Source: Prevotella sp.
Lineage (GTDB): Bacteria; Bacteroidota; Bacteroidia; Bacteroidales; Dysgonomonadaceae
Direction of reading: 5' to 3'
Length of the DNA: 64,000 bases
NCBI GenBank assembly: GCA_031285625.1
Contig: JAITVV010000007.1
Location: 32,001-96,000, forward strand
In this document: one piece after another, positions 39,156 to 48,338 of the stretch
Numbering within the stretch: position 1 is the first letter of the stretch
Layout: each line of letters starts with the position of its first letter
The notes under the pieces: generated by a model
The model's input: the letters and a program-made list of their open reading frames with translations, nothing else
Told to the model about the DNA's origin: nothing
The model's database searches: none
Translations under genes and position numbers: made by a program

Positions 39156-39653
39156 ATGATTATGAAAAAAATGCTTTTTATTATTACCTGTATTCTTATA
39201 TCGGGTATAGCAATGCAGTCATGTAAACAAAGTGACGAAAATCTGAAAAAGGATGTGGATAAAGCAATTCAGGGACGTTACAACAGTACCATTAGTACTT
39301 CTGTTAAAGATGGAGTAGTAACACTTATAGGCACAGTAGAATCACAACAAGAAAAGACATCAGTTGAAAGTGAAGTGAAAGCTGTAAAACATGTAAAAAC
39401 GGTAGTAAATAATATCTCGGTTCGTGAAAGTAATATTACCTCACAGCAACCTGTGATAAATCCTGATAATACTATTAAATCCTCTATTGAATCAAGACTG
39501 GCAACAGAAGGGTTTAAAGATGTTAAGGTCGATGTTAGCAATGGAGAAATTATCCTGAGCGGAAACCTTAAGAGAAGTGACCTTACTAAAGTAATGCAGA
39601 TAGCTAACGAGTCGAATCCTAAAAAAGTTACTAACAATCTAAATCTGAAATAA
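39156..39653 (+). CDS. Double BON-domain lipoprotein
   Basis: Lipobox MQSC, VKDGVVTLIG...VKTVVNNI and VSNGEIILSG...VTNNL. Confidence 0.88.
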   Translation: MIMKKMLFIITCILISGIAMQSCKQSDENLKKDVDKAIQGRYNSTISTSVKDGVVTLIGTVESQQEKTSVESEVKAVKHVKTVVNNISVRESNITSQQPVINPDNTIKSSIESRLATEGFKDVKVDVSNGEIILSGNLKRSDLTKVMQIANESNPKKVTNNLNLK

Positions 39654-40021
39654 TGGACTTAAAAGATAAATACAGCAAAATAATTGATTTTTCCTCAAAA
39701 CCAAATGTAGATAATCTTTCTATTAGCGAGAATGATGGAGTATTGTATATTTCAGGTACAGCAAGTGAGTCTGTAAAAGAAAAACTATGGGATCTGTATA
39801 ACCAGATAGATCCGGATATGCGATCCGGAGATATGGTACTGGATATAAAATCGACTGGAGGAAGCGAACAGATTTATGAAATTAAACCAGGAGATAGTCT
39901 AAGTAAGATAGCTCAACACTACCCCGGAGTGACATGGCAAAAATTATATGAGGCAAATAAAGATGTAATAAAAGATCCGAATGTAATACATCCCGGCCAA
40001 AAGATTAAAATTCCTAAATAA
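39653..40021 (+). CDS. BON-like + LysM protein (Kbp/YgaU-like architecture)
   Basis: DGVLYISG followed by LysM YEIKPGDSLSKIA...LYEAN...IHPGQKIKIP. Confidence 0.88.
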   Translation: MDLKDKYSKIIDFSSKPNVDNLSISENDGVLYISGTASESVKEKLWDLYNQIDPDMRSGDMVLDIKSTGGSEQIYEIKPGDSLSKIAQHYPGVTWQKLYEANKDVIKDPNVIHPGQKIKIPK

Positions 40022-40078
40022 TCACTTATCCCATCTTGGAGAATATTGATTTTTAGTACGAATTTTAAATAAACGATT

Positions 40079-40303
40079 ATGTCAAAAGATGATATAGGAA
40101 CTGAATCCGGAACTATTTGGTTATTACTTTCAGACAAAGGGAAATTATCTATAAGAGAAATCGGTGAATTTACAAATTGTAAGGACTCACTTATCTTTTT
40201 AGCATTAGGATGGTTATTAAGAGAAGATAAGATTCGTTTTTTTGATGAGAATGGTATTTTGTATGCTGAACTAAATAGGTGTGGATCTGAATTATATTAC
40301 TAA
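40079..40303 (+). CDS. Winged helix-turn-helix protein (DUF2582-like)
   Basis: IGTESGTIWLLL...ALGWLLREDKI signature. Confidence 0.85.
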   Translation: MSKDDIGTESGTIWLLLSDKGKLSIREIGEFTNCKDSLIFLALGWLLREDKIRFFDENGILYAELNRCGSELYY

Positions 40304-40361
40304 ATAATCTATCTCGATTACACATTATATCTATCTTAAACTAATGAAAGTAATTTCTGAG

Positions 40362-40392
40362 AAAGAGGTATAGATAGTTCTATACCTCTTTT
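40362..40392 (+). terminator. Intrinsic terminator
   Basis: AAAGAGGTATAGA / TCTATACCTCTTT inverted repeat. Confidence 0.7.
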
Positions 40393-40401
40393 ATATATGA
40401 G

Positions 40402-40426
40402 TAACTTAATTGATATTAGTCATGTA
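40402..40426 (+). promoter_or_regulatory. Weaker ECF-like promoter copy 5
   Basis: TAAC-N17-TGTA directly after the terminator and 58 nt before ATG 40485. Confidence 0.35.
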
Positions 40427-40484
40427 TAAGATAATTTATAGACATACCAGATATGCCATATTTAAAACTGTAAAGCATTGCTTT

Positions 40485-40748
40485 ATGAAAACAAGAAATA
40501 AAATTTCTCATAAGTTAGACGCTGATGACAGGAATAAATTACGTTCATCGGATTTTGGAATTCCAGATCAACGGGAGTATCCGATGCCCGATGCTGCCCA
40601 TGTACGGGCGGCAGAGTCTTACTTTAGGTATTCATGTGACGAAAAGAAACCGATATTAGCTCACCGTATAATTCTAAAAGCGAGAAAATTCGGAGTAAAG
40701 GTAGAAAGTCCCATTATATTAGAATGGGCAGAAAAATTTAAAAAATAG
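40485..40748 (+). CDS. Small DUF6582-like protein
   Basis: DRNKLRSSDFGIPDQREYPMPDAAHVRAA motif. ATG 40485 is preferred over the TTG at 40410. Confidence 0.7.
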   Translation: MKTRNKISHKLDADDRNKLRSSDFGIPDQREYPMPDAAHVRAAESYFRYSCDEKKPILAHRIILKARKFGVKVESPIILEWAEKFKK

Positions 40749-40751
40749 TTT

Positions 40752-41159
40752 ATTAAAAAAGGTTTAATTTATAGCCTGTTACTTATAGGCTTAACGATGG
40801 GTTTTATCTCATGTGGAGATGATGACGATGCTCCTGTATTAGGAGCAAATGTAAAGGTAACTGTAAAAAATATTGCAGGAGTAGTACAGGAAGATGTTGA
40901 AGTGTATATGTTCAAAGACCTGGAACCAGAAGAATCGACTGATCCTGGATCGGCATCGAAAAAAGAGGTTACAGATGCAGACGGAGTAGCTTACTTCAAA
41001 CTAAATCTGACCGAATTGAATATTACAGAATCTAAAACAAATCTCTATTTTGCTGTTTATTACAGAGTTGGTGATGACCTTATATTCAAGGCCGGAGATG
41101 AATCTGTGACCGTAAAAAGAGATGAAGAGAAAGCAATTACATTGACAATACCAATTTAA
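40752..41159 (+). CDS. Small beta-sandwich lipoprotein; its signal peptide begins at ATT 40752
   Basis: In-frame (I)KKGLIYSLLLIGLTMGFIS-C-GDDDD. The ATG at 40797 would lack a signal peptide. Confidence 0.7.
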   Translation: MKKGLIYSLLLIGLTMGFISCGDDDDAPVLGANVKVTVKNIAGVVQEDVEVYMFKDLEPEESTDPGSASKKEVTDADGVAYFKLNLTELNITESKTNLYFAVYYRVGDDLIFKAGDESVTVKRDEEKAITLTIPI

Positions 41160-41183
41160 TATTGCTCACTTCATAAAAATGAT

Positions 41184-41214
41184 AAAGCCCTGACATTTAA
41201 TATCAGGGCTTTTT
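41184..41214. terminator. Bidirectional terminator between convergent genes
   Basis: AAAGCCCTGA / TCAGGGCTTTTT inverted repeat. Confidence 0.75.
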
Positions 41215-41230
41215 ATTTGGAAAACGAAGA

Positions 41231-41425
41231 TTATTCCCTGTCACTTTTTCCTGATAACTTACCAATATAAAAAATCGCAAATCCTATCAGGGAAATTACT
41301 GCTATAGCACCTACAACATAAAGCACAATAGTAGATACTACTTTTACTCCTATAACAAGGAGGGTAATAAAAAGCAAAATAGATATTACACCTATCGCTA
41401 TTAAAATATTCTTCAATATATTCAT
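41231..41425 (-). CDS. Small two-TM membrane protein
   Basis: 64-aa hydrophobic ORF following the OmpA gene on the same strand. Confidence 0.65.
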   Translation of the reverse strand: MNILKNILIAIGVISILLFITLLVIGVKVVSTIVLYVVGAIAVISLIGFAIFYIGKLSGKSDRE

Positions 41426-41450
41426 ATTATTTCTTATTTATATTAATACA

Positions 41451-42650
41451 TTATTTTTTCACAAAACGTAATGCTATATCTCTGTCTTCAGCTCTTTTTG
41501 CTTCAGATTCGGAAGCACTATGTTTTGCAAATTCATCTCCATATCCCTGAACTTTAACAATCTGGGAACCTACTCCCCTCTTCTCAAGCAATGATTCTAT
41601 TGTTTTTGCCCGTTCCTGCGAAACTTTCAAGTTAGCTGCTTCAGTTCCTTTCTTATCAGCAAAAGCTGCTATTTTAATTCTAGCGTCCTTATAATTCTTC
41701 AAAATAGAAGCAATATTATCCAATTGAGTTTCAGATTCCGGCTTTAATTCGGTAGAGCTTCCAAATCCAAATGCAATATTGTCAAATTCAAACCATTTCT
41801 CTTTGAGCTCACTGTCTTTTGCTTTTTTATATTCATCAGATTGCAGGAACTTTACCATAGCATCTTCTACTCCTTTTTCATATACATTTATTTTTGTACT
41901 ATCAGGTAATCTCAATACATTAGACGCTCTGTTCGCTGAAGATGAAGATTGTTGAGAAGTAGGAGTTTGAGCTATAGTGTCTGTGGTAGCCACCTGTTCA
42001 ACAGGTCTTTCGGTCTCATTACTCCGACAAGATCTCCAACCCCAAAGAAGTAAGAGTAATAAGACGACAAGTACCACCCATATAACCCAATTATTCTTTT
42101 TATCTTCTTTTTTTGTATCTGTATTTAATACAGATGAGAGCCCGAATGATTTAATCAAATCAGAGGGAATCATTCCTATTAAGTCATTCTTCTCACTCCT
42201 TATTTCGTTCAGTAACATTGACATAGTCTTATTCTCCTTCACTAACTTATTACCTAGAAATCCGCAAAACAAAGGGGCAATCATAGCTATAAGTTTGTTT
42301 GCTGCTACATTTGATATTCCATTATTTTTTGCAATTGGATCTGTAAAGTCGACAGCTTTGTCACCTAAAAGGTGTTGCAAAAAATCATCACCGATTTTAA
42401 GCTGTTCGAGAGTTGGTTGCTCAGCCCATAATTCTCTGAATTCAAGAAGTAAATTTCGTCTACCGGCATCTTCAAGTATATTCATTATCTGTGGAGTACC
42501 TCCGTTCTTTAGCATAACACCTAACAAACTAGCAATAATAGAAGATGAAGTACCCGATATTCTTTCTTCACTTTCATCTAGTACTGTTGCTGCCTTTGAT
42601 ATCATTTCGTGACTTACAAGGCTTCTTAATGAGTTGTAATAATTATTCAT
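41451..42650 (-). CDS. DUF937-like + TM + OmpA C-terminal domain protein
   Basis: Helical N-domain, central TM segment, and FDNIAF...ANLKVSQERA...QGYG...DRDI OmpA-like domain. Confidence 0.85.
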   Translation of the reverse strand: MNNYYNSLRSLVSHEMISKAATVLDESEERISGTSSSIIASLLGVMLKNGGTPQIMNILEDAGRRNLLLEFRELWAEQPTLEQLKIGDDFLQHLLGDKAVDFTDPIAKNNGISNVAANKLIAMIAPLFCGFLGNKLVKENKTMSMLLNEIRSEKNDLIGMIPSDLIKSFGLSSVLNTDTKKEDKKNNWVIWVVLVVLLLLLLWGWRSCRSNETERPVEQVATTDTIAQTPTSQQSSSSANRASNVLRLPDSTKINVYEKGVEDAMVKFLQSDEYKKAKDSELKEKWFEFDNIAFGFGSSTELKPESETQLDNIASILKNYKDARIKIAAFADKKGTEAANLKVSQERAKTIESLLEKRGVGSQIVKVQGYGDEFAKHSASESEAKRAEDRDIALRFVKK

Positions 42651-42721
42651 AAGTTATTTATCTTAAGTTATCTGATATGTGAAGAATGTAGGTTGTGAAT
42701 ATCAGTACATAGAATAAAGGA

Positions 42722-43621
42722 CTAACCTAGATGATTTCCGCCTGTAACTCCGAATACTTCTGCTGTTATATAGCTGGATTCTTGTGATGCCAGAAAAACA
42801 TATATTCCAGCCAGTTCTGCTGGTTGTCCGGCTCTTTTAAGAGGCGTTTCTTGTCCAAATTTTGGTAATTTCTCTTGTTGCTGTCCACCACTTATTTGTA
42901 ATGGAGTCCATATAGGACCCGGCGCAACACAATTTACCCTTATACCTTTTGATGCAATTTGTTTTGCCAGTCCACGGGTCAAATTCAAGATAGCACTCTT
43001 TGTTGCTGCATAATCTAACAGGTCAGGACTAGGTTGATATGCCTGAATTGATGAACATGTGATAATTGAAGCTCCGGGAGGCAATAATGGTAAAGCTGCC
43101 TGTACTGTCCAAAATAATGAAAACACATTAATCTTAAATGTATTGGTTAATTGTTCGGTCGTTATTTCCTCTATATCCTTTTTAGATACTTGTTTACCTG
43201 CTATTAAAGCTAAGATGTCTAATCTTCCCAACTTCTCATGGGCTTCTTTAATCATTTGCTTATTAAACTCCTCGTCGCTTAAATCTCCTGGAATAAGTAT
43301 TACTTTTTTTCCTTCTTTTTCCAATAATTTAACGAGCGACTCCGCATCTTTCTGCTCTGATTCCAGATAGTTAATTGCAATATCAGCACCTTCGCGCGCA
43401 TAGGCGATTGCAGTAGCCCTTCCTATACCCGAATCACCTCCGGTTATAAGGGCTTTTCTTCCTTTTAACCTGCCATTGCCGACATAGCTTTCTTCACCAC
43501 AATCAGGAACGGGATCCATTTCACATTGAATACCCGGATATTCCTGAAGTTGTTTTGGAAAACCGTCCTGTCTGTATTGAGTCAGAGGATTTTGCATTTC
43601 GTTTTGTGATTTAATTTCCAT
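42722..43621 (-). CDS. SDR oxidoreductase (YghA/YhdF general-stress type)
   Basis: [38 protein letters not shown] and RAGQPAELA motifs. Confidence 0.92.
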   Translation of the reverse strand: MEIKSQNEMQNPLTQYRQDGFPKQLQEYPGIQCEMDPVPDCGEESYVGNGRLKGRKALITGGDSGIGRATAIAYAREGADIAINYLESEQKDAESLVKLLEKEGKKVILIPGDLSDEEFNKQMIKEAHEKLGRLDILALIAGKQVSKKDIEEITTEQLTNTFKINVFSLFWTVQAALPLLPPGASIITCSSIQAYQPSPDLLDYAATKSAILNLTRGLAKQIASKGIRVNCVAPGPIWTPLQISGGQQQEKLPKFGQETPLKRAGQPAELAGIYVFLASQESSYITAEVFGVTGGNHLG

Positions 43622-43651
43622 ATTTTTTGTCTTTAATAATTAATAATCAAT

Positions 43652-44863
43652 TTATTTCCCTCTTTCAAATCCAAAAACTTTTTCTCTTTCATCTTTTACA
43701 CCACTCAGCTTATTTTTTATAAGTTGTGCAGCAATCATACTAAATGTGATACCGTTTCCCCCGTATCCTAATGCATAAAACATTCTTTTTTTGCCTGGCC
43801 AATTTCCTATATATGGTAAGCCATCTTTTGTCGAACTAAATGTCCCGCACCATGCCATATCTGTTTTAAAAGGTATATGAGGAAATAGCTTTTTTATCTT
43901 TCGCTCTAATATTGAAACCTTTTTTCTTAGTAATTCATCCCTTTTTACAGGATTTCGAAATTCTTCATCTTCCCCACCTACTATGATCCGGTTTTTGTTA
44001 TCTGTACGAATATATAAGTACGGCTCTTGGGTTTCCCATATGAGGCTCCGTTTGTGCCATATATACTTTTCATCGACAGGCTCAGATATAATTGCATATG
44101 TAGATGTCAGATTCATTACCTGTTTAGGCAGGAATTTTCCTGCTTCAAACCCTGCAGCAATGATTACATTCTTACACTTAATCTTATACCCGTCTATAGT
44201 AAGCAGTTCATATCCTTTTGGCGTTTCTGAGTATTTATCAACTTCAGTATGTGTAAAAACACTCAGATCATTTTTAGCCATATGATAATCTATGAGATGG
44301 GTAGCAGCTTTATAAGCATCTATCTGAGCCGATACATTATTTTCCAGACTACCCAATGCTTTAATTCCATATTTATTAAGTAATTCCTTTTTATCCAGAA
44401 AGTCCACAGGCAGTTTATGCTTCTTTCTTATCTCGTATTCTTTTTTTATAAGTTTTTCTCCTTTTTTGTTACTGGCATAATATACACTGGGTACTTTTTC
44501 AAAATCGGGATCGAAGTTAATACTCTTGAAAACATTTTCAATATCTGTTATTGACTGTAAACAAGCTTTATAAGCCATTACAGCTAAATTCTCATCTATT
44601 ATTTTTACCATCTCACACAATGGTGTATCAATCTCATATTGCAACAAAGCTGTACTGGCAGTAGAACTACCAGCTGTAATGCTTCGTTTATCAATTAATG
44701 TACATTTCATTCCTGCCCGACATAATTCATGAGCAACTAAAGCTCCTGTAATACCTCCTCCAATAATTACTACATCTGCAGCAATATTGGATTTTAGCGG
44801 ATTAAAATAATTATACAATTGGTTTTTAGCCATCCAATAGGGAAGCCCTGAATACAAATCCAT
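43652..44863 (-). CDS. FAD-dependent oxidoreductase (DAO family)
   Basis: IIGGGITG, STASTALLQYEID, DGLPYIG and GYGGNGITF motifs. Confidence 0.9.
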   Translation of the reverse strand: MDLYSGLPYWMAKNQLYNYFNPLKSNIAADVVIIGGGITGALVAHELCRAGMKCTLIDKRSITAGSSTASTALLQYEIDTPLCEMVKIIDENLAVMAYKACLQSITDIENVFKSINFDPDFEKVPSVYYASNKKGEKLIKKEYEIRKKHKLPVDFLDKKELLNKYGIKALGSLENNVSAQIDAYKAATHLIDYHMAKNDLSVFTHTEVDKYSETPKGYELLTIDGYKIKCKNVIIAAGFEAGKFLPKQVMNLTSTYAIISEPVDEKYIWHKRSLIWETQEPYLYIRTDNKNRIIVGGEDEEFRNPVKRDELLRKKVSILERKIKKLFPHIPFKTDMAWCGTFSSTKDGLPYIGNWPGKKRMFYALGYGGNGITFSMIAAQLIKNKLSGVKDEREKVFGFERGK

Positions 44864-44873
44864 AGAGTTACTT

Positions 44874-46316
44874 TTATTTTTTTACCCAAACTGCTACTTT
44901 ACCACCATGTACCTTAAAGAGAGCTTTACCATCATCTCCTATAATAACTTCATCATCAATACTGCCTGTAATTTCGTGCCATGTCTCTCCTTTGTGATGT
45001 TCTCCAACATACATCACTTTATCACCATCTTCCCCGTTTGAAAGAAGCAAAGCTAAACCTGAGTCTTCACGTATATCATCACCTTCACGGGTGAGACCTA
45101 CAGTATTGGGATGATCAAAATAATAATTTTGCTTTCCATAGGCATATCTAGCACGTGCATCAAGAAGAATGTCTAAAATCTTCCGATGCGGAGATTCCTG
45201 ATCCCCCATTTTGTAATAATCTCCATAAAAAATACACGGATATCCTTTTTCCATAAGTAAGATAATACCATAGGCCAAAGGCTTAAACCACGATTTTATC
45301 TGTGACTCCAACGAACTACCATGCTGAGAATCATGATTATCAACAAACGTAACGGCTTTATCAGGGAGCTGAGATACTAATGTTCCATCAGGTAGATTGG
45401 TTAAGTCAAAATCGCGTCCCTGCTGTGAAGCCTGATAGAATTTATAATGTAAGGGTACATCAAACAGATTGAGCTTATGATCAGTGATATCCAAAAATTC
45501 TTGTAATGCATCAAAATCTTCTTTCCAATATTCACCAACAGCAAAAAAGTTATCTCCTCGTTCTGAACGCACTTCATCCATAAATTTCTTAAGAAAATGA
45601 GCATCCATATGTTTGATTGCGTCTAATCTCATTCCATCCAGATTAAGTTCTGTAGAGACCCATCTTCCCCATTTTCCCAATTCTCCAACAACTTCCGGAT
45701 GGTCTAAATCCAGGTCATTGAACATCAGATAGTCGTAGTTGTTATTTTCACCATCTACAGCCTGACTCCAATTCTTGCCTTCACCCAAAATACGATAAAT
45801 AGCAGTCTTTTCATTAGCTGCATTATAGTCAGTACCTGAGAAGTGATACCAGTGCCATTTAAAATCCGAATATTTATCTTCCCTTCCCGGGAAATTATAC
45901 CCTGTATATGCTTCTATTTCATAAGGATCACTTACAGTTTTGGTCCTGTCATCAAAATCTACTTCCTGAGCCATAAATTTTTCAGTGTATTCGCCTCCTG
46001 CTTTATGATTCATTACAGCATCGAGATAAACTGATATCTGATATTTATGCAATTCAGTAATAGCATCAATCAGTTCCTGTTTAGTACCATATTTAGTTCT
46101 TACAGTACCTTTTTGATCAAATTCACCCAAATCGAAAAGATCATAAGTTGCATAACCCTCATCTTCTTGCTCATCAGCTTTATACGCAGGAGGAATCCAT
46201 ACTGAAGTTACACCGATCTCACTCAGATGTTTTGCATCATTTTTCAATTGCTTCCAGAACTTACCATCATTAGGTAAATTCCATTCGAAGTATTGCATCA
46301 TTACACCATTTTTCAT
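44874..46316 (-). CDS. amyA: Cytoplasmic alpha-amylase (GH13, AmyA type)
   Basis: MQYFEW, WIPPAYK, DAVMNHK, RLDAIKH, AVGEYW and FVDNHD motifs. No signal peptide. Start at MKNGVMM. Confidence 0.92.
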   Translation of the reverse strand: MKNGVMMQYFEWNLPNDGKFWKQLKNDAKHLSEIGVTSVWIPPAYKADEQEDEGYATYDLFDLGEFDQKGTVRTKYGTKQELIDAITELHKYQISVYLDAVMNHKAGGEYTEKFMAQEVDFDDRTKTVSDPYEIEAYTGYNFPGREDKYSDFKWHWYHFSGTDYNAANEKTAIYRILGEGKNWSQAVDGENNNYDYLMFNDLDLDHPEVVGELGKWGRWVSTELNLDGMRLDAIKHMDAHFLKKFMDEVRSERGDNFFAVGEYWKEDFDALQEFLDITDHKLNLFDVPLHYKFYQASQQGRDFDLTNLPDGTLVSQLPDKAVTFVDNHDSQHGSSLESQIKSWFKPLAYGIILLMEKGYPCIFYGDYYKMGDQESPHRKILDILLDARARYAYGKQNYYFDHPNTVGLTREGDDIREDSGLALLLSNGEDGDKVMYVGEHHKGETWHEITGSIDDEVIIGDDGKALFKVHGGKVAVWVKK

Positions 46317-46436
46317 ACTAATACTCTTTTTATATTTTGATCTAATTCTGTCGTATAAAGGATAATAAATTATTAGGTAGTTTTTCTTTGTCTTATGGTA
46401 TGAAGTGTAAATCAAGCTCTGATCATACTAATACAA

Positions 46437-46461
46437 AACGCATATAAAATCTATTTTGTTT
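46437..46461 (-). promoter_or_regulatory. ECF-sigma-like promoter copy 4
   Basis: - strand AAACAAAATAGATTTTATATGCGTT, upstream of the amyA operon. Confidence 0.6.
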
Positions 46462-46887
46462 AATACCCAGCTAAGACATTCTTTTTTGAACTTTCTGGTT
46501 TTGAGATTGTTATATACAACTAATCTGATTTTTAAGTCTTACCTCGATTAATCTTCAAAATGATCCTATCTAACTAATACTGAATTTAGTATAGAGCTAA
46601 AGAGGTATATTAATAATTCAAAAAAATTAAGTCCACTCTTGAGAAAAATGAATAAATCAAATAGCAAACTTGTTGTTTAATTGTGATTTTTTAACTTAGA
46701 GTTACTGTTCTATAAATGGCATTCATATTCGCTATTCTCCTGATTACATCTATTTCCATCTTTCTTGCGAACCTGGCAATAAAAATGCGATTAAAACTTT
46801 TTTACCATGTTATTTATATAGAATTTTCAGTCATTGGCCCCCTCTCGATATTTAAGAAAGTTTTTACTTGCAGTTTGATAAACTTGT

Positions 46888-46922
46888 TGACATGCTGTTG
46901 TCATCTTCATATAATACTTTTG
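46888..46922 (+). promoter_or_regulatory. Palindromic operator plus -7 promoter of the WYL operon
   Basis: TGACA-TGCTGT-TGTCA (46888-46903) and TACTTTTG (46915-46922). Confidence 0.7.
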
Positions 46923-46951
46923 TATGGTAGTTAAACTAAAAACTTTATAAT

Positions 46952-47356
46952 ATGAAAATTAAACCTTATTTGGCTTTTAATGGTAATGCAGAAGAAGCGC
47001 TAAACTTTTATGCCGGAGTATTTAACGGAACTGTCGGAGAAATCTATCGTTATGGAGAATATCAGGAAATGGAAAGCCCTGCAGAATACAAGGACAAAAT
47101 AATCCATTCCTGCCTTACCTTTAGTAGCTGTACCATCAGCATAGCAGACACAATGCCTGGCACAAAATCCGACTTCGGCTCTTTGGGGCATACAATTACA
47201 GTATTTTGCGACACAGATCAACAACTTAAAGATATTTATGCAAAATTATCTGCAAGCGGGCAAATTAAATGCGAACTTTGTGAGCCCAGCTGGGCGAAAC
47301 TATATGCTGAAATTTTAGATAAATTTGGCGTACTTTGGGCACTGATTATAGAATAA
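46952..47356 (+). CDS. VOC/glyoxalase PhnB-like protein
   Basis: PYLAFNGNAEEALNFY, KIIHS and DKFGVLW motifs. Confidence 0.88.
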   Translation: MKIKPYLAFNGNAEEALNFYAGVFNGTVGEIYRYGEYQEMESPAEYKDKIIHSCLTFSSCTISIADTMPGTKSDFGSLGHTITVFCDTDQQLKDIYAKLSASGQIKCELCEPSWAKLYAEILDKFGVLWALIIE

Positions 47357-47396
47357 CAGTATGCCTCACTGATTCGGATTAAAACAATAAAGCAAA

Positions 47397-48338
47397 GTGG
47401 ATAAAGACCTAAACCGGATTGACCGCATATCGGCACTATTAGTACAATTACAATCGCGACCGATTGTAAAAGCCTCAGAAATGGCAGAACGTTTCTGTGT
47501 GAGTTTACGCACTATCTACCGGGATATGCGAACTCTATCTGAAGCCGGAGTACCTATATGCGGAAATTCGGGAATCGGTTACTCTCTGGTGGAGGGTTAC
47601 AGGTTGCCTTCACTAATGTTTACTAAAGAGGAAGCAATGGCTTTCCTCACTGCCGAAAAAATTATTGAGCAGCTAACCGATACCCAGAACAGCAATTATT
47701 TTCGTCAGGGAATGGATAAAGTCCGTGCGGCATTGCGAGGTGTGGATAAGAAATATCTCCACGATATGGATGATACTATTGCTGTGTATAAAAGCCGGAA
47801 TACAAAGGAAAGTTTACCCAACCTGCTACAAATAATATTAAGTAGTATAAACGATCGGTTAATCGTAGAGATCGACTATATAAATGCTGAAGAAAGTACC
47901 AGTAAAAGATCACTGGAAGCTGTTGGGGTTAGTTATTCACATCCCTGTTGGTATCTTGCAGCATGGTGTCATTTACGAAAAGAATACCGGATGTTCAGGC
48001 TCGATCGTATTAATAATATAAAAATAACGGGTAATGAACAAACTAGAGTGCATCCTCCTTTAGAATCACTTCTTGGATGCGATGTTTCCCAATGTTTGAT
48101 AGAGGTCGTTTTGCTAACAAGCAAAGAGGTATCCAAACGTTTTGCCGACAGGTGCCATTTTATGGGACTGACTAAAGAAAGAGAGCTTGCAAACGGTCAG
48201 ATAGAACAAACCTATATGGCCTATTCTCTCGAAGGTCTGGCAAGGTGGGTATTGGCTAATGCTGATACAACAACAGTGATTAAACCTGTTGAGATAAAAG
48301 ATATTATAAAACAAATTATTAAAAACTTAGACTTATGA
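47397..48338 (+). CDS. YafY-type HTH-WYL-WCX transcriptional regulator
   Basis: VSLRTIYRDM HTH and WYLAAWCHLRKEYRMFRLDRI. GTG start. Confidence 0.93.
   Translation: MDKDLNRIDRISALLVQLQSRPIVKASEMAERFCVSLRTIYRDMRTLSEAGVPICGNSGIGYSLVEGYRLPSLMFTKEEAMAFLTAEKIIEQLTDTQNSNYFRQGMDKVRAALRGVDKKYLHDMDDTIAVYKSRNTKESLPNLLQIILSSINDRLIVEIDYINAEESTSKRSLEAVGVSYSHPCWYLAAWCHLRKEYRMFRLDRINNIKITGNEQTRVHPPLESLLGCDVSQCLIEVVLLTSKEVSKRFADRCHFMGLTKERELANGQIEQTYMAYSLEGLARWVLANADTTTVIKPVEIKDIIKQIIKNLDL

Noticed and set aside
46317-46415. N-terminal extensions predicted by the ORF track (amyA here; likewise 3297, 10297, 29509, 32054, 38107, 40410, 49354, 56771)
   Set aside because: Downstream ATGs give proper family N-termini or signal peptides. 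The extensions run through AT-rich leader or promoter DNA, or into the neighbouring gene.
46716-46934. 72-aa ORF upstream of the VOC gene
   Set aside because: It overlaps the operator and promoter of the WYL operon and has no recognisable motif, so it is likely spurious.
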